The notes under the pieces were generated by a model. That model was not told the origin of the DNA and did not search any database. It saw nothing but the letters and a program-made list of their open reading frames with translations. The position numbers and the translations under genes were made by a program. A DNA stretch of 64,000 nt from Macrostomum lignano. Lineage: Eukaryota. The stretch is from positions 1-64,000 of the forward strand of contig NIVC01002477.1 of NCBI GenBank assembly GCA_002269645.1. Direction: 5' to 3'. Positions 58,331-64,000 of the stretch are shown here, piece after piece. Position 1 is the stretch's first letter; every line of letters starts with the position of its first letter.

Positions 58331-59344
58331 AACTATTTGACAGTTTAAATAACGACTATTAAATATAGGAGTTTTGGAGACTCTCGGACCGTAAGCTCCG
58401 TAAGCTTTTAAAGTGACAGCTCAAGTGTGTTGCAGAAGATTCTCACAGCACTTAAGTGCTTAGATTTTTCGGCTGTTAACACAATCGCGCAAATGAAATA
58501 TGAAGGTATTTTATTTAATTGAGGTACAAAATGACAAATAAAACGCATTTTCTACATAACACAATAAGTTTTTAAGAAAAAGTGATTTCGACTTGCCGTC
58601 CTGATTAAGTCAGTGCAAAACGCATTGGATATACGCTGTATAACGACTTTATTCAATTACCAAAATGTCAATGAAAGTCGTAAAATTGTCTCTGTTAACT
58701 GTAAACGAGAAAAAGCTTTAAAAAGTTTTCATAAAGCTGTGCCTTTGATAAAAAAGTATCACTACTGTACGAGAGAGCGTATTGCCGGTTTAAGTGGGAC
58801 GGGGCCAGGCCTTTAGAGACCGAAAAAGGTTTTCTTCTAAATGAGAAACTTCCGTTTTGGATTTCCGCGGCTTTCACTAAACACGAAAAAACGAGATAAT
58901 ATTGTCCAAATCTTCCGGTAACACTTGAAAAAATATTCATCACAAAAAATAAAACAAAAGTGCGTCAGATAAAAAACAGTAGAACAAAAGACACTGGCTA
59001 CTGTATAGTCGAAATGTAAGAGCATAAAGACTAAAAAAGGGCAAGAGAGTTTAAAAAGTTTCATTGTTGTTTAAAACAAAGCAAAACCGATCGCCGAAAT
59101 AAAACAATTGCACGGAAAAGAAATGGAATAGATAAATAAAAATGTAGTGAGAATATCTGACGCAGTATAGGTATAAAATAGAAATATACACATTAAGTTC
59201 GACATCCGCATAAAAAGCAGTTCAATGCTAATAAATCCTACATATATATATCGAAAGGCACTGCTTACAAAAACGCGGGGATCATGATATCGCTAGCTTG
59301 CAAAATTTTCTTAGTATAAAATTAAATGAATTAAAACATTCGAA

Positions 59345-59643
59345 CATACATGCGCAACAGTCGGCCGAGTCGGCCGATCCGGCCGACCGATTTGGCAGTC
59401 AATCAAGGAAGTCGCAAAAATGCCCACCCGAAAAATACCAAAGTAGTATTACTAAGGAGCTGACGAGGCATTTTGACCTAATAAGACAGTCATAGTTACT
59501 CCTGCCGTTTACCCAAAGTTGTGTTAATTTTGCTTTAGGGTTTTTATTACATGTAAGTCGCATTTTTTGGCCAAAAACTACGTCGCATTTTTGTTAAAAC
59601 TAAGTCGCATGGCCGACCGAATTTTGGAGGTTGCGCATGTATG
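59345..59643. mobile_element. Putative MITE (about 300 bp) with a 14-bp perfect TIR CATACATGCGCAAC
   Basis: 59345-59358 is the exact reverse complement of 59630-59643. Confidence 0.55.
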
Positions 59644-59696
59644 CATTCGAATAACATGGCATACATTGTTTCTCTAATTGGTAATAAAATAGCATG

Positions 59697-60645
59697 CCAA
59701 TCTGCAAATGTACCTGAATGTGACATTCCACAATAGACTCAAATTGATGCTCAACAGCCAATCTGCAAAGGTATCTGAATGTGACATTCCACCATGGACT
59801 CAACTTGATGCTCAACAGCCAATCTGCAAATGTATCTGAATGTGACATTCCACAATAGACTCAAATTGATGCTCAACAGCCAATCTGCAAATGTACCTGA
59901 ATGTGACATTCCACCATGGACTCAACTTGATGCTCAACAGCCAATCTGCAAAGGTATCTGAATGTGACATTCCACAATAGACTCAAATTGATGCTCAACA
60001 GCCAATCTGCAAATGTATCTGAATGTGACATTCCACCATGGACTCAACTTGATGCTCAACAGCCAATCTGCAAATGTATCTGAATGTGACATTCCACCAT
60101 GGACTCAACTTGATGCTCAACAGCCAATCTGCAAATATACCTGAATGTGACATTCCACAATAGACTCAAATTGATGCTCAACAGCCAATCTGCAAATGTA
60201 CCTGAATGTGACATTCCACCATGGACTCAACTTGATGCTCAACAGCCAATCTGCAAAGGTATCTGAATGTGACATTCCACAATAGACTCAAATTGATGCT
60301 CAACAGCCAATCTGCAAATGTATCTGAATGTGACATTCCACCATGGACTCAACTTGATGCTCAACAGCCAATCTGCAAAGGTATCTGAATGTGACATTCC
60401 ACAATAGACTCAAATTGATGCTCAACAGCCAATCTGCAAATGTACCTGAATGTGACATTCCACCATGGACTCAACTTGATGCTCAACAGCCAATCTGCAA
60501 ATGTACCTGAATGTGACATTCCACCATGGACTCAACTTGATGCTCAACAGCCAATCTGCAAATGTATCTGAATGTGACATTCCACCATGGACTCAACTTG
60601 ATGCTCAACAGCCAATCTGCAAATGTATCTGAATGTGACATTCTA
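59697..60645. repeat. 61-bp minisatellite, about 15.5 copies, two alternating variants, downstream of GOLPH3
   Basis: Unit CCAATCTGCAAATGTA(C/T)CTGAATGTGACATTCCAC(AATAGACTCAAATT / CATGGACTCAACTT)GATGCTCAACAG. Confidence 0.97.
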
Positions 60646-60799
60646 CAGAAACAACAAAAAAATGAATGTGTTTGTAAAATTAGATATTTTACCACAAACA
60701 ATTTTTGCTACAAAATCCGTAGTTAGAATTTATGTAGTTAGAGTAAGCTTAAACAAAGGCGTATTTGTCTTCAACAATATCATCATTGAGTCATCAATC

Positions 60800-62512
<1,713 letters not shown>

Positions 62513-64000
62513 TTTGCTAGCTCGTTAATATTCCCTTCTGAAAGCAAGTAAAATAAATAAAAAAATAATTTTTAAACTAGACTCCTGATCTCATATGTGT
62601 AGATATTGATACTGTATGAAATTATATACTCAAAAATGCAGAGTGCATACAATGGCTCTTAGCATAACACCCCAATCAACATAGAAATATATGCTAATGG
62701 CATTGAAAATGATAAATTATATCTTATTAGCTAAGATTCAATTCATCTTATTCTGCAATTTTACTGCCAAAAAATCTGTTTAAGTTATTGTCAAAAATAT
62801 TGAAATATCATTAGACTCCATATAGAATAACATTTAACATCCTAAGTACAATGTTATAAGAGTAAACAAATACTTTCTACATTAAATAGATCATATTTTA
62901 TATTATATTTCAAGGTATTATAAATTTTAGTATAAACTTACGCCAATAAATAATATCACTAGCCACTTAGCTATGCTTTGAGTTCTTGGTCTTACAAAAA
63001 AGTATTTATATTTTTTTTCACAAACTTAATCTAATTCCTAAATAACATGAAAAATATCAAATAATAGAAAAATTATATTTTAGTTAAAAGTAGTATACTT
63101 AAAATCACCAAAAAACTAATTCTAAAATTTATAGATATAATAGCCATAAAAATCTAGTATCTACTAAAAAAATAAAAAATTGTGTTTTTAGAAAAAATGT
63201 GCGTTTTGAAGAAATTCTGTTTTCAAAAGATCTGATCATAGTATATAATTATTTTTATAGTCACAAGTTATGCTCATATAAATAAGTTACACAAAATTAC
63301 ACAAATGCTTGAAATAAAACAATAAGTTTCAACCTGGCAAGCAGTAGCAAAATTTTTGAGTTTCCTACACTATTTTGGGAAATTTGGGGTAATTGATTAA
63401 AAATAAAAAATGATGCTATCAGCTATGGGAGTATAAGTAAATCTGAATGAAAGGGCAATCCATAACCAGGCATGTAGCCAGGATTTATATCAGGGCCTTA
63501 TTATATTAAACAGTTAGTGATGGAAGCAAAATAAAAAAGTAGTAAAAATTGTCTGCCCTCCAGAGGGGAGCATGCCCCTGGTGTCCTCCCTCTTGGCTAT
63601 GCTATGTACCTGCACTATAATATTAATAATAAATAATATATTATGCTTGTGTATAAAATTTATAATACATAATATAATAATAGTAAGACATATTTTACAT
63701 TTAAGAAAAAGAAGAAAAGGAGGTTGAGGCTTTCATCGACTTTGCTTCTCTTATATAGAACCTATATCAGCCCAGCGAATACAATCTATTCATAGAAAAA
63801 GCCGCAAAGAGTAAGCGATAATTAGTCATTGTTTAAATTTTTATTTTCACAAACAACGGTACGCACTCTATCAAAATTTCCTTCTTTAAATCATCTATCA
63901 TATTTATTACTATCAAGCAACAAAAGAACCGTGCTATATTGGTTTTATTTTACTAATTTCAAACGTTTTTACAAGTAACAATTTAACCATCTAACCATTT

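Noticed and set aside
135-60645. CRISPR-like appearance of regular 20-65-bp repeats
   Set aside because: Units are head-to-tail with no unique spacers, there are no cas genes, and the context is eukaryotic.
135-60645. Apparent enrichment of 6-bp palindromes (GTGCAC, GGCGCC, AGATCT, TGTACA, CAGCTG, CCATGG) in repeat units
   Set aside because: About 10 of 25 arrays contain one, close to the roughly 30-40% expected by chance for units of this length.
63467-63606. Harbinger-like MITE (CATGTAGCCAGG...TGGCTATGC)
   Set aside because: Terminal repeats are too degenerate and no TSD is visible; not supportable.

Overview
Eukaryotic (metazoan) genomic DNA with GT-AG spliced genes, GC-rich coding islands in an AT-rich background, and a very heavy load of minisatellites and transposon debris. 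The style suggests a free-living flatworm such as Macrostomum (inference only). Genes assembled by hand from splice sites and intron phases: a secreted WSC-domain protein (+, 6913-8701), an intronless thioredoxin-fold protein (-, 10869-11282), a two-exon ptf1a/Fer1 bHLH gene (-, 14459-19057), an intronless Q-rich protein with a possible degenerate KH domain (+, 22512-23840), a 12-exon CCDC158-like coiled-coil gene (-, 25937-38538), a divergent GT31 glycosyltransferase-like ORF (+, 49193-49972), a CNBD2-like cNMP-binding gene (-, 51998 to at least 54964) and GOLPH3 (-, 60800-62512). Mobile DNA: a complete but decayed Ty3/Gypsy element with both LTRs and a 4-bp TSD, apparently nested in a LINE relic; two related ~1-kb solo LTRs with TSDs; a CORE-type tRNA SINE with a 12-bp TSD; several MITE/foldback elements. 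About 27 tandem arrays are present. The most striking pattern is that 9 of the 11 introns of the CCDC158-like gene each hold their own minisatellite, neighbouring arrays are related in sequence, and two exons are flanked by mutually reverse-complementary arrays. Most long ORFs in the supplied track are translations of these arrays. There is no CRISPR array or rRNA, and no intact tRNA gene was recognised.
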